From the IMG/VR virus record IMGVR_UViG_2816332575_000002, positions 1-64,000 of that record: a DNA stretch of 64,000 nucleotides. The stretch is one strand, 5' to 3'. Positions within the stretch are counted from its first letter, which is position 1. Each line of letters begins with the position of its first letter. This stretch comes from a virus. Lineage: Duplodnaviria; Caudoviricetes. The notes under the pieces are model-generated. The model was not told the origin of the DNA. It saw only the letters and a program-made list of their open reading frames with translations, and did no database searches. A program made the translations under genes and the position numbers. Below are positions 45,555 to 54,824 of this stretch, one piece after another.

Positions 45555-46087
45555 TGCTCGGCTTCACCTGGGGGCGCCCCTCAAGGGCTTCTCGCCGGGC
45601 TCGGCCCGCGGCCGAGGACCCGAACCGTACGGCGCCGCCGCCTGAGGCCCCGCCGGTGCAGGTCAGCGGGCGTGGCGTCAGCGTCGAGTGGGGCGAGCCG
45701 CTGGAGCTGCCCGATGGGGAGCGTCTGCTGACGTGGTGGGTGGGGTACGCGCAGTCGGCCTGCGGGTGGCCGGAGAGCTACCTGGACCGTGACGACGGCA
45801 AGGCGCAGCACGTGACGCACGCCGTGGACTGGCTGTACCAGTCGCTGCGTCGGCTCGACGTGTCCGGCGAGCATCCGCTGCACCTGGAGCTGGAGCACTT
45901 ACGGCAGGCCCGTACCCGGCAGCAGTACGCCGAGCACCTGTCCGGCCGGCGCTCGTCCCTGACCATCAGCGTCGCCACCGGCGACGAGTACCACGTGTTC
46001 ACGGTGCGGTGCCGCGCCGTCGCCCTCCCGGCCTCCGTCCCGAGCGCTGACACGCCCGAGGCTGTGCTCGTCGGAGGTGCGGTGTGA
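45551..46087 (+). CDS. hypothetical protein
   Basis: GTGA coupling; one TTA codon. Confidence 0.6.
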   Translation: MMLGFTWGRPSRASRRARPAAEDPNRTAPPPEAPPVQVSGRGVSVEWGEPLELPDGERLLTWWVGYAQSACGWPESYLDRDDGKAQHVTHAVDWLYQSLRRLDVSGEHPLHLELEHLRQARTRQQYAEHLSGRRSSLTISVATGDEYHVFTVRCRAVALPASVPSADTPEAVLVGGAV

Positions 46088-46536
46088 GGGGGCCGGAGGC
46101 GATTCGGCGCGGGCTGTGCTGGCTGGCCTGCAAACCGTCGAGCCCGCGTCCGCTGGTGTGGGCCGGAGTCGCCCGGTCCTGGGGCCAGACCGTGTCGCTG
46201 TACTCGTGCGAGCCGTGCCTGCGGCTGTGCATCCAGCGCGCCCTGGCGGGTGTCAGCGACGAACTGTGCTGGCTGTGGTGCGGCCGGCGCGACGTGCCCA
46301 CCGATCCGGTCGGCGTGTTCGAGGTCGCGGTGCGGACCTGGCGCACCGTGCCCGGCCGGCCGCCGGTTCTGGTCTCGTGCTGGGAGTACCGGGCCACCCT
46401 GTACGGCTGCGCGATGTGCACCACCCCGTTCCAGCGTTTCGTCCGCAAGGGCCCGGTGGTGGAGCAACCGCCCGACGCCCTGGGTCCTCACCGCCCCCTC
46501 ATCTCCCTCTCCGCCCTCGCGGCTGACGCCGCCTGA
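46084..46536 (+). CDS. Cys-rich duplicated Zn-ribbon-like protein
   Basis: two CWLxC...LYxCxxC units. Confidence 0.6.
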   Translation: MRGPEAIRRGLCWLACKPSSPRPLVWAGVARSWGQTVSLYSCEPCLRLCIQRALAGVSDELCWLWCGRRDVPTDPVGVFEVAVRTWRTVPGRPPVLVSCWEYRATLYGCAMCTTPFQRFVRKGPVVEQPPDALGPHRPLISLSALAADAA

Positions 46537-46540
46537 CCTC

Positions 46541-47041
46541 TTGGAGATCCCTGTGGCTCCCCCCGCCACCTCTCTTCCCGCATCGCTGACCGTCTGTTCG
46601 GCTCTGGTCGTGAGCCGCACGCCGGACGGCACCCGGACCGCCCTGCTGGTGCGCACGCGGGACATGCCGAAGGGCCTGTACCGGCTGCCCGTCGGCCAGC
46701 CGAACCGCCACGGCATCGTCGATCATTTCGACCTGCGCGACGCCGTACGGTCCGGGACCGGACTGGGCGTCATCGTCGGCCGGGTGCTGGTCAGGGACCA
46801 GGTCTCGGGTGCCACCGGCGTCGTCCATCACTACGCGCGGCTGTGCTCGATCGACGGCGAGAACCAGACGGTCCGCCTCGGCGGCGCCCTGGCCGACTAC
46901 CTGTGGGCCACCGAGGACGACTTGGTCCTGTGCGGGCCCGATCTGTCCCCGGTCGTCAAGGCGGCCCTGCGGGCCCTGAGCGAGGGCACCCGCGCCGAGC
47001 TTGCCGACGGCCAGCCTGCCGGCGCCTGCACGGGGGTGTGA
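46541..47041 (+). CDS. degenerate NUDIX-fold protein
   Basis: LLVR...YRLPVG...LRDAVRSGTGL; Nudix-box glutamates absent; start uncertain. Confidence 0.5.
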   Translation: MEIPVAPPATSLPASLTVCSALVVSRTPDGTRTALLVRTRDMPKGLYRLPVGQPNRHGIVDHFDLRDAVRSGTGLGVIVGRVLVRDQVSGATGVVHHYARLCSIDGENQTVRLGGALADYLWATEDDLVLCGPDLSPVVKAALRALSEGTRAELADGQPAGACTGV

Positions 47042-47658
47042 CGGTGTCCGACCTCCTCACCCTCCCCCAAGCGTGCAAGGCCGATGCCGCACCGCCACGC
47101 TACGTCGCCCGGCCCGCCGAGCGGGAAGCCGACGCGCAGAACATGATCCACCTCATCCAGGCCCACCGCGCATGGCGGGACCAGCACGGCGCCGCCGTGA
47201 ACGAGCCGCCGGTGCCCGCAGTGCTGGGCCTGGTCGGCGAGATCGACCAGTTGGGGCACCCGATGTCGTGGGTGCTGTACGCGGGGGACCGGCTGCGGGC
47301 GTGCTATTTGCTGGCGGTCGACTGCGACCAGCGCAGGGTGCAGGCCGCCGACATCCACGTCAACCCCGACGCATCCCGGACGGGCGTCGGCCAGCCCGCG
47401 GCGAGGCTCGGCCTCACCCCCAGCACCCCGGTGATCGAGGTGCTGCTTACCTACTGGCTGGTGCACTACGCATTCGACGGCGGCGCGCGCGAAGCAGTCG
47501 TCACGATCGGCGACCGCAGCGAACCCTTTCCCCCCGCGCGCATCGCCTGGATGGACCAGACGGTGGACACCCGGATACCCGACGACGCGCACCTGGCCCG
47601 CTGCTGGGACCGGCAGCCCCGCCCGCGCGCCTCGCCAGAGTTTCCCCCGCCGGGCTGA
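47038..47658 (+). CDS. GNAT-like hypothetical protein
   Basis: IHVNPDASRTGVG degenerate GNAT motif. Confidence 0.45.
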   Translation: MTVSDLLTLPQACKADAAPPRYVARPAEREADAQNMIHLIQAHRAWRDQHGAAVNEPPVPAVLGLVGEIDQLGHPMSWVLYAGDRLRACYLLAVDCDQRRVQAADIHVNPDASRTGVGQPAARLGLTPSTPVIEVLLTYWLVHYAFDGGAREAVVTIGDRSEPFPPARIAWMDQTVDTRIPDDAHLARCWDRQPRPRASPEFPPPG

Positions 47659-48217
47659 GACCGCAGTCCCGGGGGAAGGCGCGGGCCCCGTGACCCGCGC
47701 CGGGTACGGCCGGCCGGGACCGGCCGTACCCACCGCCTTCCCTGCCATCGTGCCGCTCCCGCCCTTTCTCCTGCGGGGTGGAACGGCGCGGCGGGGAAGG
47801 CGCCGTGCGGCTGCTCTTCTCCGAGCGGAGTTCCGTGAGCAGCCGGGCCGACCGAGGGGGCGGCCTGTCGGCTCGCCGGGCGTTGGGCCTCACCCGGCGA
47901 GCCGCCACGGTGCCCCCGCACGCCATGCCCGTACAAGCCCTCCCGGCGGGGCGCTGGTTACCGAGTTGTCCAGCGCCCCGCCGGGAGATGCGGTGCCACG
48001 GCACCGCAACCGCGCGGCTCCTCCAGGGGCTGGTCCCCCTTGGAAGTCGGAGCCAGCCCGCACTCCAGCGGCCAGCAAAAGGGGCGGGTGCGCGGGGCCG
48101 CCGGGCCCGTCCCGTGGAGCCCGGCGGCCACACAATCCACTCCGGCCGTGGAGACAGCGGGTCCTGCGGCCGGAGTGCACGACCGATCCACGTCCGAAGT
48201 CCAACGCAGGCAGAGAG

Positions 48218-48907
48218 ATGCTCACCAACACCACCGCCTCACCCCGTCTTCCTGGACACCGCGTGCACCAGGAGCCACGAGAGAAATCCGTCGTCCCGTA
48301 CATCGCGCTGCGCGTCGGTGAAAGCCCGGTCGCCAAGCAATTGGACCTGGAACTGCGCGGCGGCCCCGGCACGTGGGGGCTGGCCTACGCCGATGAGGTC
48401 CCCGACGACCGCGACAGCCACGATGTCCTGTGGCAGCGCTATCACGAGACCCGCGACTGTGCGGGCAGGGTGACCGGCGCCCCGGTGGCCGGACGAGTGC
48501 ACCCCGGCCGGCTCCGGGAGACGGTGAGCCGCCTTACCTGCCCGGTTTGCAACCACCCCGCCGACAAGACCGACGACGGTTACCTCTTCCTGGTGCCGCG
48601 CGCCAAGAGCCGCATCGAAGCACCGCTGACCACGTGGCCCCCGGTGTGCCGGGAACACGCCACCGTCCACGCCCGCGACCGCCCCGACCTGCGGGACGGG
48701 TACACCGCGATTCGGTCGGCCGACCCCACTCTGCACGGCGTGCGTGGACGCCAGTACCGCCGCGCCGGCACCGCCTTCGAGGTCGCCAGGCGCGATGCCC
48801 GCATGCCCTACGGGCACGCCCAACAGCGCTGGATCGTCGCTTATCGGCTCGTCCGCAGGCTGACACACCCGACCGTCGCGATCGAGGCCGCCGACGCCGC
48901 CCGGTGA
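48218..48907 (+). CDS. conserved Cys-motif hypothetical protein, paralog A
   Basis: VPYI...LAYADE..DRD..VLW...CPVC..PAD..DGYLFL...PPVC. Confidence 0.65.
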   Translation: MLTNTTASPRLPGHRVHQEPREKSVVPYIALRVGESPVAKQLDLELRGGPGTWGLAYADEVPDDRDSHDVLWQRYHETRDCAGRVTGAPVAGRVHPGRLRETVSRLTCPVCNHPADKTDDGYLFLVPRAKSRIEAPLTTWPPVCREHATVHARDRPDLRDGYTAIRSADPTLHGVRGRQYRRAGTAFEVARRDARMPYGHAQQRWIVAYRLVRRLTHPTVAIEAADAAR

Positions 48908-48967
48908 CCCGCGCCGCACGGCAGCGGCCTCACCGCCCTTCCGACCACAGCCTCCAAGGAGTGCTTC

Positions 48968-49396
48968 GTGCCCCTTCGCACCCGGTATGACCAGTTGACG
49001 GCCACTGAGGCCCGGTGTCTGACCTACCTCGCCGACGGTCTGAGCACGACCGACACGGCCGACAAGATGGGCACCAAGCCCCAAACGGTCCAAAGTCACC
49101 TGCGGCGCATTCGCATCAAGTTGGGGGACGGTCCGCGCGCGTTCGTGCTGCATCGCGCCTACGTCAAACGCCAACTCCCGCTTCCTTTGGCCGCCAAGGC
49201 GCCGGTCCGCTTCACCCACGAAGACCTGCGGATATGGAACCTGGTCGCCACCGGCAAGGTCCCTGCGGGGGCAGCCGGGACCACCACCCGGACCGCCATC
49301 AAAGCGCTCATGCAGAAGGCGGGAGCCGAGACCGAAACGCACCTGATCCAGCTCGGCCACACCTACCGGCTGCTGACCGGGCCCGAAGAGACCTGA
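48968..49396 (+). CDS. LuxR-type HTH regulator (tandem HTH)
   Basis: LTATEARCLTYLADGLS...TVQSHLRRIRIKLG. Confidence 0.8.
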   Translation: MPLRTRYDQLTATEARCLTYLADGLSTTDTADKMGTKPQTVQSHLRRIRIKLGDGPRAFVLHRAYVKRQLPLPLAAKAPVRFTHEDLRIWNLVATGKVPAGAAGTTTRTAIKALMQKAGAETETHLIQLGHTYRLLTGPEET

Positions 49397-49732
49397 GCCA
49401 CCGGACACGTATCCAGCCCTGACCAGGCCGAGAGGCCCATGAGCAACACGCCAACCGCGCGGGCCCCGCCAGCCATCCCGCTCACACCGGCCACCGTCGA
49501 CCCTCCCGTCCCGTAGAGAGAACCGGTTGACCAACCACTTCCTGCCACCGGCGCCAGCGGCCCACCGGTCGCTGCCCCGCCAGCCCGGCACCTACTACTG
49601 CGGGGACACCCACATACGCATCGACGGAACCACGGCATTCACCGTGCCCGTGCGCCTGTCCGTCCCCCCGCCTGGCCAAAAAGACCGCGTGCCGGCCCCC
49701 GGCACCTCCCCGCTGCCACCGGAGCACACCCC

Positions 49733-50611
49733 ATGACCACGCCCGAGACCCCCGAGACCCCGATCTGCGAAGTACGGCAGGAAGCCGGCCGCGAGCACGA
49801 CGCGCTCGGCGCCCGGATCGCGGCCCTCGCCGAAACCGCCGCTCCCGTTGTGGAAGCCGTCACCGGCCTTCCGCTGCCCGTCCGGCCGTTGCTCCGCCTC
49901 GTGACTGTCGAGGCCCTGATCGCCACCCGCCGGGAGCACACCGACGCGATGATGCACCGCCTGCGCGGTGAGGGCTACGGCCAGCAGTTGGTCGACGAGG
50001 CGGAGTTCGCCAGGGCGCGCGAGCGCTTCGACAACGGCGAGCGGGGCCTCGCCGCGAACTGGAAGAACATCCAGGCGATCAGCTACGAGGACGCCCGGAT
50101 GCGCCCGCAGATCCTCATCATCGCGCGCTCCGTCGTCCACCATGGCCACGACGACGACCAGCTCCTGCGCACGATCGCCCACGAGCTGACCCACCTCGCC
50201 CAACACCGGGCCACCGGCGGACGTGCGCTCGATTTCGTCATGTCGCCCTACGGCTACGGCATGCGAATGCCCGGTACCAAGGAACTCGCCCACTGCGCGG
50301 CGCGGTTCCTGATCGAAGGCCACGCATCCTGGGCCGACCACCAGGTGACCACCCAACTCATCGGCCAGCCTCTGGGCTGGCACACCGACCCCACCACCGA
50401 CGAGCAGCGCGCGACCAAGCGGCTCTACGACGACGGCTGCGCGTTCGTCGCAACCGCCATCGACCAGGTCGGCCTGGAGTCCTTCAACGCCACATGGCGC
50501 CATCTGCGCACCTCCTGCCCGGTCGAGACCGAGGTGGACGATGTCACCGGCTGGCTGCGCCGCAACTACATCCCCACCCCGACCATGGCCGCCAGCCCAC
50601 CCCGTGAGTAA
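49733..50611 (+). CDS. zincin-like metallopeptidase
   Basis: IAHELTHLAQ plus downstream IEGHASW. Confidence 0.8.
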   Translation: MTTPETPETPICEVRQEAGREHDALGARIAALAETAAPVVEAVTGLPLPVRPLLRLVTVEALIATRREHTDAMMHRLRGEGYGQQLVDEAEFARARERFDNGERGLAANWKNIQAISYEDARMRPQILIIARSVVHHGHDDDQLLRTIAHELTHLAQHRATGGRALDFVMSPYGYGMRMPGTKELAHCAARFLIEGHASWADHQVTTQLIGQPLGWHTDPTTDEQRATKRLYDDGCAFVATAIDQVGLESFNATWRHLRTSCPVETEVDDVTGWLRRNYIPTPTMAASPPRE

Positions 50612-50745
50612 CCGAGCCCGGTGACCTGCGCCCCGCCCCCACACCGGGCGCAGGCCGCCGACCGCACGGACTGCCCCACTCACCGGTGCCCGGCGGCCAC
50701 GCCTCCCCGCACACCGCCGGGCACCTCCACCCCGGGAAGCACCTC

Positions 50746-51417
50746 ATGGACACCACCCCCACCCCAGCCGGACGCCCCCTCGCCGTCTGGAAGGGACTAA
50801 CCGTCTCGTACGTCACTCCCTGGGCCGGCGAACGCAACATCTCCCGCGACCACCTGCTCCTCGACAATGGCGGGCTGCGTTACAGCGACGAACACTCGGA
50901 AGACCGAGATCCGCGAGGCGGGCTGTGGGAACGCTGGGACGGCACCTACGGTGACGGCGCCCCCCAGTTCGGTCCGTTCAACTCCGAGCGCCAGCACACC
51001 GCGATGGAGCACCTGCTGTGCCAGGTGTGCGCCCGTCCCGCCGACCGAACCACCAAGGGCTACCTGTTCCTGGAGCCGGGGCGTGCGACCGTCAGCAAAC
51101 TGGAAGGCAGCCGCACCGTGCAGCCGCCGCTGTGCCTGCCCTGCGCCCTCATCGCCCGCGCACAATGCCCCCGGCTGCGGAACTACGTTGCGCTGCGGGC
51201 ACGCAAGCCCAGCGTGTGGGGACTGTACGGCACCGCATACGTCTCATGCCCCCGCCTCGCCCAGCGCCCCACCAGCTCACTCGCAGTGGACCGGGAGTGC
51301 TCGGTCGCGTACGGGACGCCGGAGCTGCCGTACGTGCTCGGCAACCAGCTCGTCCGGGAATATCGCCGTGTCACCATTGTCAACCTCGACGAGGAAGCAG
51401 CCCGACATACGGCCTAA
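50746..51417 (+). CDS. conserved Cys-motif hypothetical protein, paralog B
   Basis: VSYVTPW...LRYSDE..DRD..LW...CQVC..PAD..KGYLFL...PPLCLPC...CPRL. Confidence 0.7.
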   Translation: MDTTPTPAGRPLAVWKGLTVSYVTPWAGERNISRDHLLLDNGGLRYSDEHSEDRDPRGGLWERWDGTYGDGAPQFGPFNSERQHTAMEHLLCQVCARPADRTTKGYLFLEPGRATVSKLEGSRTVQPPLCLPCALIARAQCPRLRNYVALRARKPSVWGLYGTAYVSCPRLAQRPTSSLAVDRECSVAYGTPELPYVLGNQLVREYRRVTIVNLDEEAARHTA

Positions 51418-51465
51418 CCGTAGTCCTTACGAAAGGCCAGAAAGCTGGCTTCCCTAACGCCTCCG

Positions 51466-51508
51466 AAGAATCCCTTGTCAGTATCTGTGGCAAGGGATTC
51501 TTTTATTT
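51466..51508 (+). terminator. intrinsic terminator ending the cargo block (overlaps a putative late promoter)
   Basis: AAGAATCCCTTG...CAAGGGATTCTT followed by TTATTT. Confidence 0.7.
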
Positions 51509-51519
51509 GAGGAGTACGT

Positions 51520-51876
51520 ATGCCGACTGCCGAGACGAGCCCGCGGGACACGACCGGCCGCGTGCAGCAGCAGCTCGTAAAGGACCGAGAAGTCGCCGAA
51601 AAGGAGGCTGCCAAGTCACAGCTCCGCGATGCGCAGGTAGCCGAGGCGGCTCGTGCCGAGCCGGTGGACCTCGCAGCTCCCCAGGTCGTAGAGGTCGAAG
51701 AGTCGCCCGTCGTCGTCAGCGAGAAGCTGTACGAAATGCGGGTCACCGAGGATCTCGAAGACGTCACCATCGGCTACGGAAACGTATACAACTTCGAGGC
51801 AGGTCGTACCTACAAGAACGTGCCCGGCCTGGTCTACAACCACCTCCGCGAAAAGGGCTACGTGTGGGGCGCCTGA
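51520..51876 (+). CDS. putative head-associated structural protein
   Basis: GAGGAG RBS; MRVTEDLEDVTIGYGNVYNFEAGRTYKNVP...HLREKGYV. Confidence 0.7.
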   Translation: MPTAETSPRDTTGRVQQQLVKDREVAEKEAAKSQLRDAQVAEAARAEPVDLAAPQVVEVEESPVVVSEKLYEMRVTEDLEDVTIGYGNVYNFEAGRTYKNVPGLVYNHLREKGYVWGA

Positions 51877-52187
51877 CATCGGTTGCAGCTGGCCGCCCGT
51901 ATCAGCTCACGTCTCCCGAGGGGATCGGTGTCGGGTACGGGCGGCTGGAGCCAGGAAGCGTGGTCGATGTCCTTTCCGTGGCGTCGGCTGGTGTGACCTT
52001 CGCTCTTCCCGCCGGCCGTACTTCTCCGCCGCCGCGGCTCATCCGCTACCCCGAGCCCTTCTTCGAGGAGCACTTTGCGCCGTACACGCCGCCAGTGATC
52101 ACGCCGCCCGACCCGGAGCCCGAGCCCAAGCCGCAACCGCCGGAGGAACTGCCCAGCCCGGATGAGATCGCACAGGAGGTGCAGTGA
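51864..52187 (+). CDS. hypothetical Pro-rich protein
   Basis: GTG start overlapping upstream gene; coupled to 52184. Confidence 0.5.
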   Translation: MGRLTSVAAGRPYQLTSPEGIGVGYGRLEPGSVVDVLSVASAGVTFALPAGRTSPPPRLIRYPEPFFEEHFAPYTPPVITPPDPEPEPKPQPPEELPSPDEIAQEVQ

Positions 52188-52789
52188 CGGTGCCGTCCTA
52201 CGTCCCCATCCAGACCAGCGCAGACCTGACGCGCGCCATGGTGGCCTCGCCGGACCTGCCGGCCACAGTGACGGACAGCCTGCACACAGCCTGGGCTGCT
52301 CGACCGGATCGTGCCTCGATGATGGGCCGTCTGCCGAAAGGTTTCCTCCAGGAGCTGGTGACTTCAGCCTCCACCCCAGAGGGTCTGGCAGCGCTGCGCA
52401 CCGAGATTGAGGCGGTACCGGACCGTACGATCACCCGGCACGTGCATCTGCTGACCCGCGATCCCGGCCGAACGGTCACGCTGGCGACGTTGCCGCAGAG
52501 CGAGGTCAGCGCTGACGGCTACCTGCCACAGCTCATGGACCTGGGCGAGGCCGTGGTCGACGACCAGAACCGGGCGACCGTCTCGAACCTGTCGGAGGTC
52601 ACTTTCGGGCCACTGCTGCCGGGCCCCGGCACTGCGGTCATCACCGTCACCCATGTCGCCGTCACGCTCACAGCATCGGACGGCACCGGCCGGGTCGTCA
52701 GCGTCATCGAGCTGGCCGACCGGCACGACATGCGAGCAGGGGAGTCGGTATCCATCCGTGCCGGAGCCCTGAGCTGCGGGGTGGGCTGA
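52184..52789 (+). CDS. putative virion protein
   Basis: AGGAGG RBS; VSNLSEVTFGP...VTHVAV...GESVSIRAGAL beta-sandwich tail-associated pattern. Confidence 0.65.
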   Translation: MTVPSYVPIQTSADLTRAMVASPDLPATVTDSLHTAWAARPDRASMMGRLPKGFLQELVTSASTPEGLAALRTEIEAVPDRTITRHVHLLTRDPGRTVTLATLPQSEVSADGYLPQLMDLGEAVVDDQNRATVSNLSEVTFGPLLPGPGTAVITVTHVAVTLTASDGTGRVVSVIELADRHDMRAGESVSIRAGALSCGVG

Positions 52790-53607
52790 TGGTTGACCAG
52801 ACACACATGCTCGCCCGCGTCCGCTCCCTGCTCGGCGATTTCGGCACGGAGTTCCGCGACGTGCTGACCGGTACAGGCGACCTGTCCGAGTACGACCTCT
52901 CCCAGACGCGCGTCACGGTCACCAAGGCCCTGCTCGTCCAGGAAGGCCAGAGCCGCGAGCTGATCGCCGGCACGGACTACACCCTGCTCTCCCGAGAAGG
53001 CCGACTGCTCTTCCGAGAGCGCCTGGGCCCGCTGCCGCTGGGCGCCGTCGTGATCGTGGAAGGCCGCTCCGGCGGCATGGTCGACGACCAAGAGCTGGCC
53101 ATCCACCTCCAGGACGCCGTGCTCCAGCACTGCTCGGACCGAGTCATCACAGTCCGCTACCGGTCCGCGGAGGGCTTCTACCGGTACGAGGACGAGCCGG
53201 TGACCCTGGCGACGCTGCCGGAGATCGAGGAACTGCCCCTCGCCATCCTGGCAGCCGTCAACTTTCTGTGGGCGGTAGCAACGGACGCCTCCATGGAACC
53301 CAACATTCATACGGCAGAGGGCACCCACATCGACCGCGGGCAGATATACGCCCAGGTCATGGCGCAGATCGAAAATCTTGAGGCGCGGTATCGGGACCTG
53401 TGTCAGCAGCTCAACGTGGGCCTGTACCGCATCGAAATGGCGACACTGCGCCGCGTCTCTCCGTACAACAACCGCCTCGTGCCCATCTTCACGCCGCGCG
53501 AGTACGACGACTCTGCCTACCCAACGCGCCAGCTCCCGCCCATCGACCGCCGCAACGAAGACCCCTCTGGCATCGCATCGCCCATCATCAGCGGGTTGAC
53601 CGGATGA
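52789..53607 (+). CDS. head-tail adaptor / neck protein
   Basis: position; LPEIEELPLAILA...LWAVATDAS...NVGLYRIE...YDD. Confidence 0.65.
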   Translation: MVDQTHMLARVRSLLGDFGTEFRDVLTGTGDLSEYDLSQTRVTVTKALLVQEGQSRELIAGTDYTLLSREGRLLFRERLGPLPLGAVVIVEGRSGGMVDDQELAIHLQDAVLQHCSDRVITVRYRSAEGFYRYEDEPVTLATLPEIEELPLAILAAVNFLWAVATDASMEPNIHTAEGTHIDRGQIYAQVMAQIENLEARYRDLCQQLNVGLYRIEMATLRRVSPYNNRLVPIFTPREYDDSAYPTRQLPPIDRRNEDPSGIASPIISGLTG

Positions 53608-54143
53608 GGGCCGACTGGAAGCACGGGCGTTTCAGCACCGCCTATCACGCGGCCCGTATCGATGCTGGGCTGCGTGCCTGGCAGCACCGCAAGGGAGACG
53701 TCGTCACGTGGTTCCGGGCCGCGCCGGCGCAGTCCCACGCCCATGACGTATATGACGAGGGCGCAGCTGCTGGCGGCCGGGCCTACCATCCACCGATCAC
53801 GGTGCCAGTGCTGGACGTCTCTCGCGACCAGGGCGCCGTCGAGCGCACCGCGCAGGGCCTGTACCAGGTGGCTCCGCTGTACGTGACGGCCGCGGCGCGC
53901 CAGCTCGCCCGCGTCGGCATCTCCCAGCCGGACATCGACACCCACCAGTACCTGCGGGACTGGATCGGCTACGACGGCCGCCTGCACCGCATCGACGAAC
54001 TCCAGGCCCTGGGTCGGCTCCGCCGGCACGACTTCGTGGTCTCGCTGAAGCTCACGGAAATCAAGCCCGACGAAATCACCGCGGACACACAGCTCGACGA
54101 ATACCGGCGCTTCGGCCTGCGCCACATACGCCAGCCACGGTGA
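53604..54143 (+). CDS. head closure / neck protein
   Basis: ATGA coupling; HDVYDEG...GLYQ...IGYDGRLHRI. Confidence 0.6.
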   Translation: MRADWKHGRFSTAYHAARIDAGLRAWQHRKGDVVTWFRAAPAQSHAHDVYDEGAAAGGRAYHPPITVPVLDVSRDQGAVERTAQGLYQVAPLYVTAAARQLARVGISQPDIDTHQYLRDWIGYDGRLHRIDELQALGRLRRHDFVVSLKLTEIKPDEITADTQLDEYRRFGLRHIRQPR

Positions 54144-54207
54144 GCTAACACCCTGCGCAATACCGGTGTGAATCTTGACCTGACGGAATTCCTGAGAGGT
54201 CGAATCC

Positions 54208-54816
54208 ATGCCGTGGCTGCTGAATGAAGACGCCGCACTGCGGAAAAAGCTCCAGGGCCTCACCGTGAAAGATGGAGCCCTGGAGCTTCCCGTCGGCGTG
54301 CGCTTCTCCTACCCGGAAAGCGAACTGGCCGACCAGACATTCCCCCTCATCATCCTGGAACGCACGCGAGCCGTCCGTGACCCACGCCGGGAGGCCCGGG
54401 GCGTGGTGCAACTCGGGTACGCACCAGAAGGCCGCGCGTCTTGGCCTGGCATGGAAGACGGAACGGCCTCTCCGTACTACACGGACAACCCGATTCCGTA
54501 CCGCATCGAGTACCAGGTCAACGTCCTGTGCCGGAAGCAGGCCCACCTCACCGACCTGGTGGCCCGGCTCAGCGCCGTCGACTTCCTGCCAGTGCGCTTC
54601 GGATACCTAGAGGTCCCGGAGGACGGCACGGTCCGCAGCCTCGAACTGGAAGGGCCCGAATTCCACACCGGGTGGGACGAGAATCAGAAGCGGCTCGTGA
54701 CCGCGGTCTACCTCGTCAGCGTCACCTCCGAAGTGCTCGGGACGGTGTCCACGCCCACGCCGGTCAAGAAGGTCATCACCGACCTGCATGACACCCAACC
54801 CCAGTGGCCCGCATAA
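54208..54816 (+). CDS. tail terminator / completion protein
   Basis: MPWLLNEDAAL...FPLI...PIPYRIEYQV...PVRFGYL; precedes sheath. Confidence 0.65.
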   Translation: MPWLLNEDAALRKKLQGLTVKDGALELPVGVRFSYPESELADQTFPLIILERTRAVRDPRREARGVVQLGYAPEGRASWPGMEDGTASPYYTDNPIPYRIEYQVNVLCRKQAHLTDLVARLSAVDFLPVRFGYLEVPEDGTVRSLELEGPEFHTGWDENQKRLVTAVYLVSVTSEVLGTVSTPTPVKKVITDLHDTQPQWPA

Positions 54817-54824
54817 GGAGAAGC

